Positions 30,001 to 38,549 of a stretch of 64,000 nucleotides of DNA are shown one piece after another. The translations under genes were made by a program, and so were the position numbers. Source of the stretch: a virus. Below the pieces are notes generated by a model, which made no database searches, was not told the origin of the DNA, and was given only the letters and a program-made list of their open reading frames with translations. How positions within the stretch are numbered: position 1 is the stretch's first letter; each line of letters opens with the position of its first letter. The stretch covers positions 39,459-103,458 of the IMG/VR virus record IMGVR_UViG_3300032286_000926. The stretch is one strand, 5' to 3'.

Positions 30001-33000
30001 ATTCTGGTTACTCAGGTATAAGTGGTTGGTCTGGTATTAGTGGATATTCCGGTTATTCTGGTTACTCAGGTGCTTCTGGCCAATCAGGTTTCTCTGGTAA
30101 AGAAGGCCAATTTGGTGGTGCCTCATTCTATAATATATTTGTAACTGGTGCTCCGTCTGGCAATGGCCAAATTGCTTTAAACAATTCCAATTTATCTTTA
30201 GCAACAACATTATCTTACGATTTTGAAGATAGATTCAATTCAAATGTATTTTCATTCATACAAACTATTGATGATTCAACTTCATCAATCAAAGGTTCTG
30301 TTAAAATTACAGAACAAGCAAACAATATAAATTTTGTAATTTATGCTATTACTGGAACTTCAACACAACAAGCAAATGCTTTCATTATACCAGTTTCGTA
30401 TCTTTCTGGTGTAACAACACAATTTGCTATCAATTCAAATGTAATATCATCCTTCATCGTTACTGGTGATAAGGGTGATATTGGTACTTCAGGATACTCT
30501 GGTTATTCTGGTAAATCAGGTTACTCCGGTTATTCTGGAGATTCTGGAATATCAGGTTACTCCGGTTATTCTGGTAGATCCGGTTATTCGGGATATTCTG
30601 GTACCTCAGGCTGGTCAGGTATAAGTGGTTACTCCGGTTACTCTGGCATTTCTGGCTGGTCTGGTATTAGTGGTTATAGTGGATATTCTGGTATTTCAGG
30701 TTGGTCTGGTATTTCTGGATACTCAGGATATAGTGGCATTTCAGGTTGGTCTGGTATTAGTGGATACTCTGGTTACTCAGGTATTTCTGGCTGGTCTGGT
30801 ATTAGTGGATACTCTGGTTACTCAGGTATTTCTGGCTGGTCTGGCATTAGTGGTTATAGTGGATATTCTGGTACTTCAGGTTGGTCTGGTACTTCAGGTT
30901 ACTCAGGTTATAGTGGCACCTCTGGCTGGTCTGGTATTAGTGGATATTCTGGTTACTCCGGCATTTCAGGTTGGTCTGGTATCTCAGGTTATTCTGGTTA
31001 CTCAGGAATCTCCGGCTGGTCTGGTATCTCAGGTTACTCAGGATATTCTGGTACTTCAGGCTGGTCTGGTATTTCTGGTTACTCAGGATATTCTGGTTCT
31101 GGTATCTCAGGTTATTCTGGTTACTCAGGAATCTCCGGCTGGTCTGGTATTAGTGGATATTCTGGTTATTCTGGCATTTCTGGCTGGTCTGGTATTAGTG
31201 GATATTCTGGTTATTCTGGTATCTCAGGTTGGTCTGGCATTAGCGGTTACTCCGGTTATTCTGGAATCTCCGGCTGGTCAGGAATCTCAGGTTATTCTGG
31301 TTACTCAGGAATCTCCGGCTGGTCAGGCATTTCCGGATATTCTGGTTATTCTGGTACTTCAGGTTGGTCTGGTATTTCAGGTTATTCTGGTTATAGTGGT
31401 ATTTCAGGATTCTCAGCTTATTCTGGATATTCCGGTTACTCTGGCCGTTCTGGTTATAGTGGTTACTCTGGTTACTCTGGCCAAGATGGTGGTATGCTTA
31501 CACCAAGCACCTATGTTATGCGTGCCGTTAAAAACGGATCACCACAAACAATTACTTCTAATTCTGATACCGTTGTTACGCTTATAGATGATTTTGATCC
31601 ACAAGGTTGGTTTACATCTAATCAATTTAAACCTACAGTTGCTGGTTATTATAGCCTTAATGCAATGGTTTGGTGGAATGCTGCTTCTGTTACAAATAAC
31701 CAAACCAATATTCAATTTAGAAAAAATGGCAGTACGCAACTTGCAATTGACCAAACACAAACATTAACTGGTTCAGGTTATGCACAGTTATTAGCTACAA
31801 TAACTTATTTTAACGGTACAACTGATTATGTTGAAATTACAGCATACACCGGTAATACAACATCACAAGACATTAATGGTTCAACAAACGGTACATACTT
31901 TACTGCTTCGTTAATTGCGTATGGCCAATCAGGTTGGTCTGGTTATAGTGGATATTCCGGTTATTCTGGTTTGTCTGGTATTTCAGGTTATAGTGGATAT
32001 TCCGGTTCAGGTATTAGTGGTTACTCTGGATATTCTGGTTCAGGTATTAGTGGTTACTCTGGATATTCTGGTTCTGGTATAAGTGGTTATTCTGGTTACT
32101 CAGGAATATCAGGTTGGTCTGGTATTTCTGGTTACTCTGGTTATAGTGGACTTGGATACGCAGGATTAACTTCTTCATCAAATATTACGATTGGCACCGG
32201 TTCAAAAACATTCACAACAAATTTAACTGTTACTCAAACGGCATTTACTGTTGGTAATCGTGTAAGAATTACATACCCAACAAATCCAGTCAATTTCATG
32301 GAAGGTGTTATTACTGGATTTACCACCAATCAATTAGTAGTCAATGTGGACTACACAGGTGGTTCCGGATTATTAACATTATGGAATATTGTTGATGCTG
32401 GTGCAGTAGGAACTTCTGGTTACTCCGGTTATTCTGGTACCTCAGGTGCCTCAGGTATCTCAGGATATTCTGGTTACTCTGGTTCTGGTATTTCAGGATA
32501 TTCTGGTTACTCTGGTTCTGGTATTTCAGGATACTCTGGTTATTCTGGCTCAGGCATTAGTGGTTACTCCGGTTATTCTGGTTCTGGAGTTTCTGGATAT
32601 TCTGGTTATTCTGGTTCAGGAATTTCAGGATACTCCGGTTATTCTGGATCAGGTATCTCTGGTTACTCTGGATATTCCGGTTCAGGTATCTCTGGTTACT
32701 CCGGTTATTCTGGATCAGGCATCTCTGGTTACTCCGGTTACTCTGGTTCTGGTATCTCTGGTTATTCTGGTTATAGTGGTACTTCTGGTATCTCTGGCTA
32801 TTCTGGTTATAGTGGTACTTCTGGTTTCTCTGGTAAAGAAGGCCAGTTTGGTGGCGCATCATTCTACAATACTTTCAGCACAGGTACACCATCTGCCAAC
32901 GGACAAATTGCTTTAAATAACACAAACTTATCTTTAGCAACAACTTTAACATATGACTTTGAAGATAGATTTGGTTCTAATGCTTATAGCTTTATTCAAA

Positions 33001-34295
33001 CAATTGATGATTCAACATCTTCAGTTAAAGGTTCTGTTAAAATTACGGAACAAGCTAATAATATAAACTTTGTAATTTATGCTATTACAGGTAATCACAC
33101 TCATGGTGCCACATCTTTTGATATACCAGTTTCATACTTGTCGGGTGTAACAACACAATTTGCTAATAATGCGAATGTAATAACATCATTCCTTGTAACC
33201 GGTGATAGAGGTGATTCTGGTATTTCCGGTTGGTCTGGTCGTTCTGGTTATTCTGGTTACTCCGGCATCTCTGGTATTTCTGGATATTCTGGATATTCTG
33301 GTTCTGGTATTTCTGGATATTCTGGATATTCTGGTTCTGGTATTTCTGGTTATTCTGGTTATTCTGGATCAGGCATTAGTGGTTACTCCGGTTATTCTGG
33401 TTCAGGTATAAGTGGTTACTCCGGTTATTCTGGTTCTGGTATCTCTGGTTATTCTGGTTACTCTGGTTCGTCTGGTATTTCTGGTTACTCCGGTTATTCT
33501 GGTTCAGGAGTTTCTGGTTACTCTGGTTACTCTGGCTCTGGTATTTCAGGTTATAGTGGATACTCCGGTTCAGGCATTAGTGGATATTCTGGTTACTCTG
33601 GTTCGTCTGGTATTTCAGGTTATAGTGGATATTCTGGTATAAATGGCACAGGTTCTTCAGGAATATCCGGTTATTCTGGTTACTCTGGTACCAATGGTAC
33701 CAATGGCAGTAACGGCAATTCTGGTATTTCTGGTTACTCCGGTTATTCTGGTACCTCAGGTACCTCAGGTATCTCAGGATATTCAGGATATTCTGGTTGG
33801 TCTGGTACAGCTGGACCATCAACTTCGATTAATGCCACAGATGATTCATCAACAACTACATTATATCCAGTCATGGTGGGTGCTGCTGGTTCTGCACAAA
33901 CACCTAAAGTATCAACAACTAAGATTTATTTTAATGCGTCCACAGGAACAATTTACGCAACTGCTAAGTCATTCTTAATTCCTCACCCAACAATTGAAGG
34001 TAAGAAATTAGTATATGGCTCGTTAGAGGGACCTGAGAACGGTGTTTATGTTCGTGGTACTTTAAATGGTGAAAACACAATTGAGTTGCCTGATTATTGG
34101 ACTAAGTTGGTTGATAAAAATACTATTACAGTAAATCTTACCGCAATTGGTAAACCACAAAATCTTTATGTTCAAAACATTACAGACAATGTAATCACTA
34201 TTGCAAACGGTAATTGGTTTAATAAAGATATTAACTGTTACTTTACTGTATATGCAGAACGTATTGATATTGCAAAACTTGTGGTAGAACAATAA
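27003..34295 (+). CDS. Giant (2430 aa) Ser-Gly-Tyr/Ile/Trp repeat fibre with interspersed globular domains, including a C1q/TNF-like domain
   Basis: Eight SGX tracts; three copies of a ~125-aa domain; C1q-like domain at ~31485-31925; C-terminal KSFLIPHP...LEGPENGVYVRG fibre domain. Confidence 0.8.
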   Translation: MSNNRIHSGKTKKIPSANVSAERYEFISLGETEPDLGVPAGNSYVLSANTNGTRAWVHPTAIQGTSGYSGYSGTSGYSGYSGTSGWSGISGYSGYSGTSGYSGISGYSGISGWSGISGYSGYSGISGYSGYSGISGYSGYSGISGYSGISGYSGYSGVTPETTTYTANSISLTNGVYVSGNVGSVQTFNDGNQYILTDGSNTGPAWIVDVGFTGVTSFNQVDLNIQYTQNSGHTVYIQLYNNNTTTWDNIGSYNGLSGYVQFQLGVIDYAAYINAGAVSVRLYHSNTGNPAHQSNIDYVAIVDSISGGQGPRGLSGTSGYSGYSGKSGYSGYSGQAGSAIAIKGSVATFTSLPSTGNNVGDIYYVTDVGSLYVWNGASWDLIGQIAGASGISGYSGYSGTSGWSGISGYSGYSGISGWSGTSGFSGKEGQFGGASFYNIFTTGTPAANGQIALNNASVSLATTLTYDFEDRFSTNAYSFIQTIDDSTSSIKGSVKITEQANTLNFVIYAITGNHTHGVTSFDIPVSYLSGPTTGFANNANVITSFLVTGDRGDSGTSGFSGISGYSGYSGISGWSGRSGYSGYSGISGYSGYSGISGWSGISGYSGYSGISGWSGISGYSGYSGISGWSGISGYSGYSGISGWSGISGYSGYSGTSGWSGISGYSGTSGWSGISGYSGYSGTSGWSGISGYSGYSGISGYSGYSGISGYSGYSGISGWSGISGYSGYSGISGWSGISGYSGYSGISGWSGISGYSGYSGISGWSGISGYSGYSGISGWSGISGYSGYSGYSGDSGISGYSGYSGRSGYSGYSGTSGWSGISGYSGYSGISGWSGISGYSGYSGISGWSGISGYSGYSGISGWSGISGYSGYSGTSGWSGISGYSGYSGISGWSGISGYSGYSGISGWSGISGYSGYSGISGWSGISGYSGYSGTSGWSGISGYSGYSGTSGWSGISGYSGYSGISGWSGISGYSGYSGISGYSGYSGISGWSGISGYSGYSGYSGISGWSGISGYSGYSGYSGASGQSGFSGKEGQFGGASFYNIFVTGAPSGNGQIALNNSNLSLATTLSYDFEDRFNSNVFSFIQTIDDSTSSIKGSVKITEQANNINFVIYAITGTSTQQANAFIIPVSYLSGVTTQFAINSNVISSFIVTGDKGDIGTSGYSGYSGKSGYSGYSGDSGISGYSGYSGRSGYSGYSGTSGWSGISGYSGYSGISGWSGISGYSGYSGISGWSGISGYSGYSGISGWSGISGYSGYSGISGWSGISGYSGYSGISGWSGISGYSGYSGTSGWSGTSGYSGYSGTSGWSGISGYSGYSGISGWSGISGYSGYSGISGWSGISGYSGYSGTSGWSGISGYSGYSGSGISGYSGYSGISGWSGISGYSGYSGISGWSGISGYSGYSGISGWSGISGYSGYSGISGWSGISGYSGYSGISGWSGISGYSGYSGTSGWSGISGYSGYSGISGFSAYSGYSGYSGRSGYSGYSGYSGQDGGMLTPSTYVMRAVKNGSPQTITSNSDTVVTLIDDFDPQGWFTSNQFKPTVAGYYSLNAMVWWNAASVTNNQTNIQFRKNGSTQLAIDQTQTLTGSGYAQLLATITYFNGTTDYVEITAYTGNTTSQDINGSTNGTYFTASLIAYGQSGWSGYSGYSGYSGLSGISGYSGYSGSGISGYSGYSGSGISGYSGYSGSGISGYSGYSGISGWSGISGYSGYSGLGYAGLTSSSNITIGTGSKTFTTNLTVTQTAFTVGNRVRITYPTNPVNFMEGVITGFTTNQLVVNVDYTGGSGLLTLWNIVDAGAVGTSGYSGYSGTSGASGISGYSGYSGSGISGYSGYSGSGISGYSGYSGSGISGYSGYSGSGVSGYSGYSGSGISGYSGYSGSGISGYSGYSGSGISGYSGYSGSGISGYSGYSGSGISGYSGYSGTSGISGYSGYSGTSGFSGKEGQFGGASFYNTFSTGTPSANGQIALNNTNLSLATTLTYDFEDRFGSNAYSFIQTIDDSTSSVKGSVKITEQANNINFVIYAITGNHTHGATSFDIPVSYLSGVTTQFANNANVITSFLVTGDRGDSGISGWSGRSGYSGYSGISGISGYSGYSGSGISGYSGYSGSGISGYSGYSGSGISGYSGYSGSGISGYSGYSGSGISGYSGYSGSSGISGYSGYSGSGVSGYSGYSGSGISGYSGYSGSGISGYSGYSGSSGISGYSGYSGINGTGSSGISGYSGYSGTNGTNGSNGNSGISGYSGYSGTSGTSGISGYSGYSGWSGTAGPSTSINATDDSSTTTLYPVMVGAAGSAQTPKVSTTKIYFNASTGTIYATAKSFLIPHPTIEGKKLVYGSLEGPENGVYVRGTLNGENTIELPDYWTKLVDKNTITVNLTAIGKPQNLYVQNITDNVITIANGNWFNKDINCYFTVYAERIDIAKLVVEQ

Positions 34296-34972
34296 TGGGT
34301 GTAAATTATAATCCTCAAATTGTTACTAGCGGATTAACATTAGCTTTAGATGCAGCCAATCCAAAAAGTTATCCTGGTACAGGTACAACTTGGTCTGATT
34401 TAAGTGGTAATAGTAACAATGGTACATTAACTAATGGTCCAACTTATACTACTAATAACGCCGGAGCTTTAATTTTTGATGGTTCAAATGACCATATTGC
34501 TTCTTTTGCAACCCAATTATCTGGTACAGGAAGCAAATCAATAGGAGTTTGGTTTTTAACAACATCAGCAATCCGTCAAGGTTTATGTGGAACAAGAGTA
34601 GATGCAGTTTCAAACCAAGGTTGGGTATTTTTAATTAATAGAACTACAGCCGGTAATTTAACATATTTTGTTACTGGCGGTAGTGAGATAGAATTAGCCG
34701 CCGGAATAACAACAAATACATGGTATTATGCGGTAGTAACTTATGCTTCTTCTGTTGCAAGATTATATATTAATGGTAAATTTCTTGGGTCTGTATCGGG
34801 ATTTACGGCACCATCATCATCAACATATAATGGTACTATTGGTGGTGAAGGACAATCCAGTTTGGGTGGATTTGCTGGAAGAATATCAAATCTTCAAATT
34901 TACAATCGTCTTATAACTGCTGAAGAAGTTTTAGAAAATTTCAATGCTCAACGAGGAAGGTATGGCATATAA
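34295..34972 (+). CDS. LamG/concanavalin A-like lectin domain protein
   Basis: IVTSGL.LALDAANPKSYPG.G..W.DLSGN; FDG; WYY.VVTY...LYING; GRISN.QIYNR. Confidence 0.85.
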   Translation: MGVNYNPQIVTSGLTLALDAANPKSYPGTGTTWSDLSGNSNNGTLTNGPTYTTNNAGALIFDGSNDHIASFATQLSGTGSKSIGVWFLTTSAIRQGLCGTRVDAVSNQGWVFLINRTTAGNLTYFVTGGSEIELAAGITTNTWYYAVVTYASSVARLYINGKFLGSVSGFTAPSSSTYNGTIGGEGQSSLGGFAGRISNLQIYNRLITAEEVLENFNAQRGRYGI

Positions 34973-35220
34973 TGTATGAACAAAGACAATACTTAATTAT
35001 ACCAACAACAGAATTATTCAAAGTTGATTTTTTACAAATTGAAGAAACTTCTATTGACACGGTAAGAAAATCGGTTGACAACACAAAAACATTTATTAAA
35101 TGGAATGGTGAAGAACCAACTTTTATTTCTGAAATTTTAAATTCAGAAGGACCATATAACCACGATGAAATTTTAGATATTCTTTCTACGGAAGAATGGA
35201 ATTTTATGGAAACTATTTAA
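34972..35220 (+). CDS. Small acidic hypothetical protein associated with LamG genes
   Basis: VDF.QI.ETS..TVRKSVD.TKTFIKW...Y.H.EIL.IL...EW; coupled on both sides. Confidence 0.65.
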   Translation: MYEQRQYLIIPTTELFKVDFLQIEETSIDTVRKSVDNTKTFIKWNGEEPTFISEILNSEGPYNHDEILDILSTEEWNFMETI

Positions 35221-35885
35221 TGGCACTTAACCATTCACCATCTATTGTTACAAATGGACTAACCATTTGTTTGGATGCAGCCAATTCCAAATCATATTCT
35301 GGTTCTGGTACTGCATGGAATGATATTAGTGGTAATGGAAATAATGCAATTTTAGAAGGCACACCAACATATAGTGCTGCAAATAATGGTAGTTTTGTGT
35401 TTAATGGAACATCACAATCTGCCAATTTAGGAAATGTAATTGTATCTACAACTGCATTTTCAGCATCAGCTTGGGTTTATGATACTGATACTGCTGGTGG
35501 TTATAGACATATAATAGCAAAAGATGGTCAATTTTTATTTAGAATTGATAGCACTGCTGAAGGTGGTAATTTAAGTGCTTTTGTTTACATAGCAGGAACT
35601 CCAGAACCTAGGTTGTCAACTGCTTGGACAAAAAACGTTTGGGCTAATGTATGTTTTGTATGGAACACAGATGGTACTCTTAGATTGTTTATTAATGGTG
35701 TGTTAAAAAATTCTTCATCTACTCGTACTGGAATTTCAAGTACAAATACAATTTTTAGAGTTGGTGGATACACTAGCAATTATTTTAAAGGCAATATTTC
35801 TAATTCTATGTTTTACAATAGAACACTTACTAATGAAGAAGTATTACAAAACTTTAATGCCCTCAAAGGAAGGTACGGTATATGA
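35220..35885 (+). CDS. LamG/concanavalin A-like lectin domain protein
   Basis: Paralog of 34295. Start re-assigned to ATG 35220 (TAATG). Confidence 0.85.
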   Translation: MALNHSPSIVTNGLTICLDAANSKSYSGSGTAWNDISGNGNNAILEGTPTYSAANNGSFVFNGTSQSANLGNVIVSTTAFSASAWVYDTDTAGGYRHIIAKDGQFLFRIDSTAEGGNLSAFVYIAGTPEPRLSTAWTKNVWANVCFVWNTDGTLRLFINGVLKNSSSTRTGISSTNTIFRVGGYTSNYFKGNISNSMFYNRTLTNEEVLQNFNALKGRYGI

Positions 35886-36568
35886 GTGTTTATAGTGGAC
35901 CTGAAGTTGTAAATGATGGATTAGTTTTATCTTTTGATGCAGCTAGTTTAAAAAGTTATTCTGGTTCTGGTAACGTTTGGTATGATATTAGTGTTAATAA
36001 TTCTTCAGCAACATTAAATAACTCACCATCTTTTAGTGGTTCTAATAATGGTTATTTGCAATTCAATGGCACTAATCAAAATGGAAATTTGGTTACTCCA
36101 TCTTTAATACCTACTGGTAATTTGATTTCTATTGGAGTTTGGTGTTATGGTATCGTATCAAAAGCACAAACATTATTATTTGGTATTAATGCTTCTGGTA
36201 GTAGAACTATAAATTTACACTTACCATATTCAAGTAATATTGCTTATTGGGATGCCGGTGGAACAACAGTATATGATAGAATTGCAGTAAGTGTTGATAC
36301 TGGTTATCAAGGATGGCATTATTGGGCTGCTACTAAAAATGCAACTAGTGGTGTAATGAACTTGTATAAAGATGGTGTATTAATAGCTACAGGAACTGGT
36401 AAAACAATACCACTAGATACAACTACGCAAGTTAATATATGTAGTTATAATAATCAAGTTGATTATCATCAAGGTTATATTTCTAAAATAGAAATTTATA
36501 ATAAAGAATTAACAGCTGAAGAAATAAGAAATAATTTTAATGCCCACCGTGGTCGTTTTAACATCTAA
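35882..36568 (+). CDS. LamG/concanavalin A-like lectin domain protein
   Basis: Paralog of 34295 and 35220. Confidence 0.85.
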   Translation: MSVYSGPEVVNDGLVLSFDAASLKSYSGSGNVWYDISVNNSSATLNNSPSFSGSNNGYLQFNGTNQNGNLVTPSLIPTGNLISIGVWCYGIVSKAQTLLFGINASGSRTINLHLPYSSNIAYWDAGGTTVYDRIAVSVDTGYQGWHYWAATKNATSGVMNLYKDGVLIATGTGKTIPLDTTTQVNICSYNNQVDYHQGYISKIEIYNKELTAEEIRNNFNAHRGRFNI

Positions 36569-36579
36569 TAAATAGAACT

Positions 36580-38250
36580 ATGGCAAATACATATAAAAAT
36601 ATAGTAATCACACCAAATAGTGGATCCACAACAGATGATCCAAAGATTGTCTTTTCTGGTGCAAACACTTCGGTAAATACTGATATTACTCTCAGAGTAT
36701 ATCCTACATCCAATGGAACCGTATCACTTGAAGGTTCGGCTGGTCAATTATTTTCTATTACCAATCAATTAACAGGAACAATATATTCTGTTAATGATAT
36801 TTCTGGTATTCCTAGTATTGAAGTTCTTGATAATGGTGATGTGAAACTTGCACAATATAATGGTAATGTTCTTATCGGAACAGGCACAGATAATAATGTA
36901 GATAAATTTCAAATTGTTGGTTCTGCAAATGCAACATCGCTTAGTGTTCGAGGATATGGTCCAGTCATTAATACTAGTGGTTATTGGATTGGTGCCGGTT
37001 CTACTGGTACATCTGGTTACTCCGGTTATTCTGGTTCGTCTGGTATCTCTGGTTATAGTGGATATTCAGGTAAAGGTTATGATGGTTTAACATCTACAAC
37101 ATCTACAACTATTGCAACAGGTTCTAAAGCATTTACAGTAAACCAAACACAAGGAACAAATGCATATGTTGTAGGTGCAAGAGTTCGAGTTGCAAGTTCA
37201 GCATCACCAGCCAACTTTATGGAAGGTTCAATAACTGCTTACACTACAACAACATTAACAGTTAACGTAGATTTAATTGGCGGTTCAGGAACTATAGCTT
37301 CTTGGAATATTAGTATAACTGGTAGTGCTGGAACTTCAGGATATTCTGGTTATTCTGGTTCTGGTATTTCTGGTTACTCCGGTTATTCCGGTTCTGGTAT
37401 CTCTGGTTACTCCGGTTATTCCGGTTCAGGAGTTTCTGGTTATTCTGGTTATTCCGGTTCTGGTATCTCAGGTTATAGTGGATATTCCGGTTCTGGTATT
37501 TCAGGATACTCTGGTTACTCCGGAACTTCTGGTATCTCCGGTTACTCCGGTTATTCTGGATCAGGCATCTCTGGTTACTCCGGTTACTCTGGTTCAGGAA
37601 TTTCTGGTTATTCTGGATATTCCGGTTCAGGTATTAGTGGTTACTCTGGATATTCCGGTTCTGGTATCTCTGGTTACTCCGGTTATTCCGGTTCAGGAGT
37701 TTCTGGCTATTCTGGATATTCCGGTTCTGGTATCTCTGGTTACTCCGGTTATTCCGGTTCAGGAGTTTCTGGCTATTCTGGATATTCCGGTTCTGGTATC
37801 TCTGGTTATAGTGGATATTCTGGTTCTGGAGTTTCTGGCTATTCTGGTTACTCAGGTTGGTCTGGTCCTACTGGTACTGGCACATCTGGTTATTCCGGTT
37901 ATTCTGGTGCAGCTGGTTATGGAACACTAAGAATACTCTCACAAACAACCACCGCAACTTTGGCAATTAATAGTGATAGTTATGATGCCGCTTTTGTTAC
38001 TGCATTGGCTGGAACTATGGCCGTATCTGCACCAACAGGTTCACCATCAAATGGTCAAAAAATAATTATTAGAATTAAAGATAACGGTACAATTAGGTCT
38101 ATTTCATGGACAACTACATCAGGTGGTTGGAGACCGGTTGCTACTGTATTACCAACAGTTACTATTGCCAATAAAACACTTTATGTTGCTGCTCTATATA
38201 ATACTGAAGAAACTTATTGGGATGTAATTGCAGTTGCACAACAAGCTTAA
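36580..38250 (+). CDS. Fibre protein with 11-residue (SGISGYSGYSG)n repeats
   Basis: SLEGSAGQLFSITN...YSVNDISGIPSIEV N-terminal domain; repeat tract ~37330-37910; C-terminal APTGSPSNGQKIIIRIKDNGT...WDVIAV domain. Confidence 0.75.
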   Translation: MANTYKNIVITPNSGSTTDDPKIVFSGANTSVNTDITLRVYPTSNGTVSLEGSAGQLFSITNQLTGTIYSVNDISGIPSIEVLDNGDVKLAQYNGNVLIGTGTDNNVDKFQIVGSANATSLSVRGYGPVINTSGYWIGAGSTGTSGYSGYSGSSGISGYSGYSGKGYDGLTSTTSTTIATGSKAFTVNQTQGTNAYVVGARVRVASSASPANFMEGSITAYTTTTLTVNVDLIGGSGTIASWNISITGSAGTSGYSGYSGSGISGYSGYSGSGISGYSGYSGSGVSGYSGYSGSGISGYSGYSGSGISGYSGYSGTSGISGYSGYSGSGISGYSGYSGSGISGYSGYSGSGISGYSGYSGSGISGYSGYSGSGVSGYSGYSGSGISGYSGYSGSGVSGYSGYSGSGISGYSGYSGSGVSGYSGYSGWSGPTGTGTSGYSGYSGAAGYGTLRILSQTTTATLAINSDSYDAAFVTALAGTMAVSAPTGSPSNGQKIIIRIKDNGTIRSISWTTTSGGWRPVATVLPTVTIANKTLYVAALYNTEETYWDVIAVAQQA

Positions 38251-38261
38251 TAGAGGGAAAT

Positions 38262-38546
38262 ATGATTAGAATTACTTTTGAAAAAACATTAAATGGTTAT
38301 ACTTTGCGTGATGCTCTTGTGTTACCTGATGACCACAATTTAACAGAAGAAGAACTTGAAGCGATGAAACAACAACGCTTTGATAATTGGTATGCAATTA
38401 TTACCGCACCTCCAGTTGAGGATCCTCCTGCGGATGTACCTTCTGATATTATTGATGTTCCACCAACAGACATTACTCCGGTTGAAACTCCAATTGTGGA
38501 TCCTGTTCCTGAGGATGTTCCACCAACAGACATTACTCCAGTATAA
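38262..38546 (+). CDS. Small hypothetical protein with Pro/Asp-rich tail
   Basis: Start re-assigned to ATG 38262 after SD GAGGG; 26-bp direct repeat at 38454-38479 and 38514-38539. Confidence 0.6.
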   Translation: MIRITFEKTLNGYTLRDALVLPDDHNLTEEELEAMKQQRFDNWYAIITAPPVEDPPADVPSDIIDVPPTDITPVETPIVDPVPEDVPPTDITPV

Positions 38547-38549
38547 CAC

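Noticed and set aside
27003-34295. Possible CRISPR array or non-coding satellite
   Set aside because: Repeats are in-frame codon repeats with synonymous variation and no unique spacers; no cas genes.
1581-37930. Long alternative-frame ORFs within the SGY tracts (VLV/ILV-rich, FWL-rich, and minus-strand NIQ/SNQ-rich)
   Set aside because: Stop-free shadows of the low-complexity TCN-GGN-TAY repeat; no RBS or independent domains.
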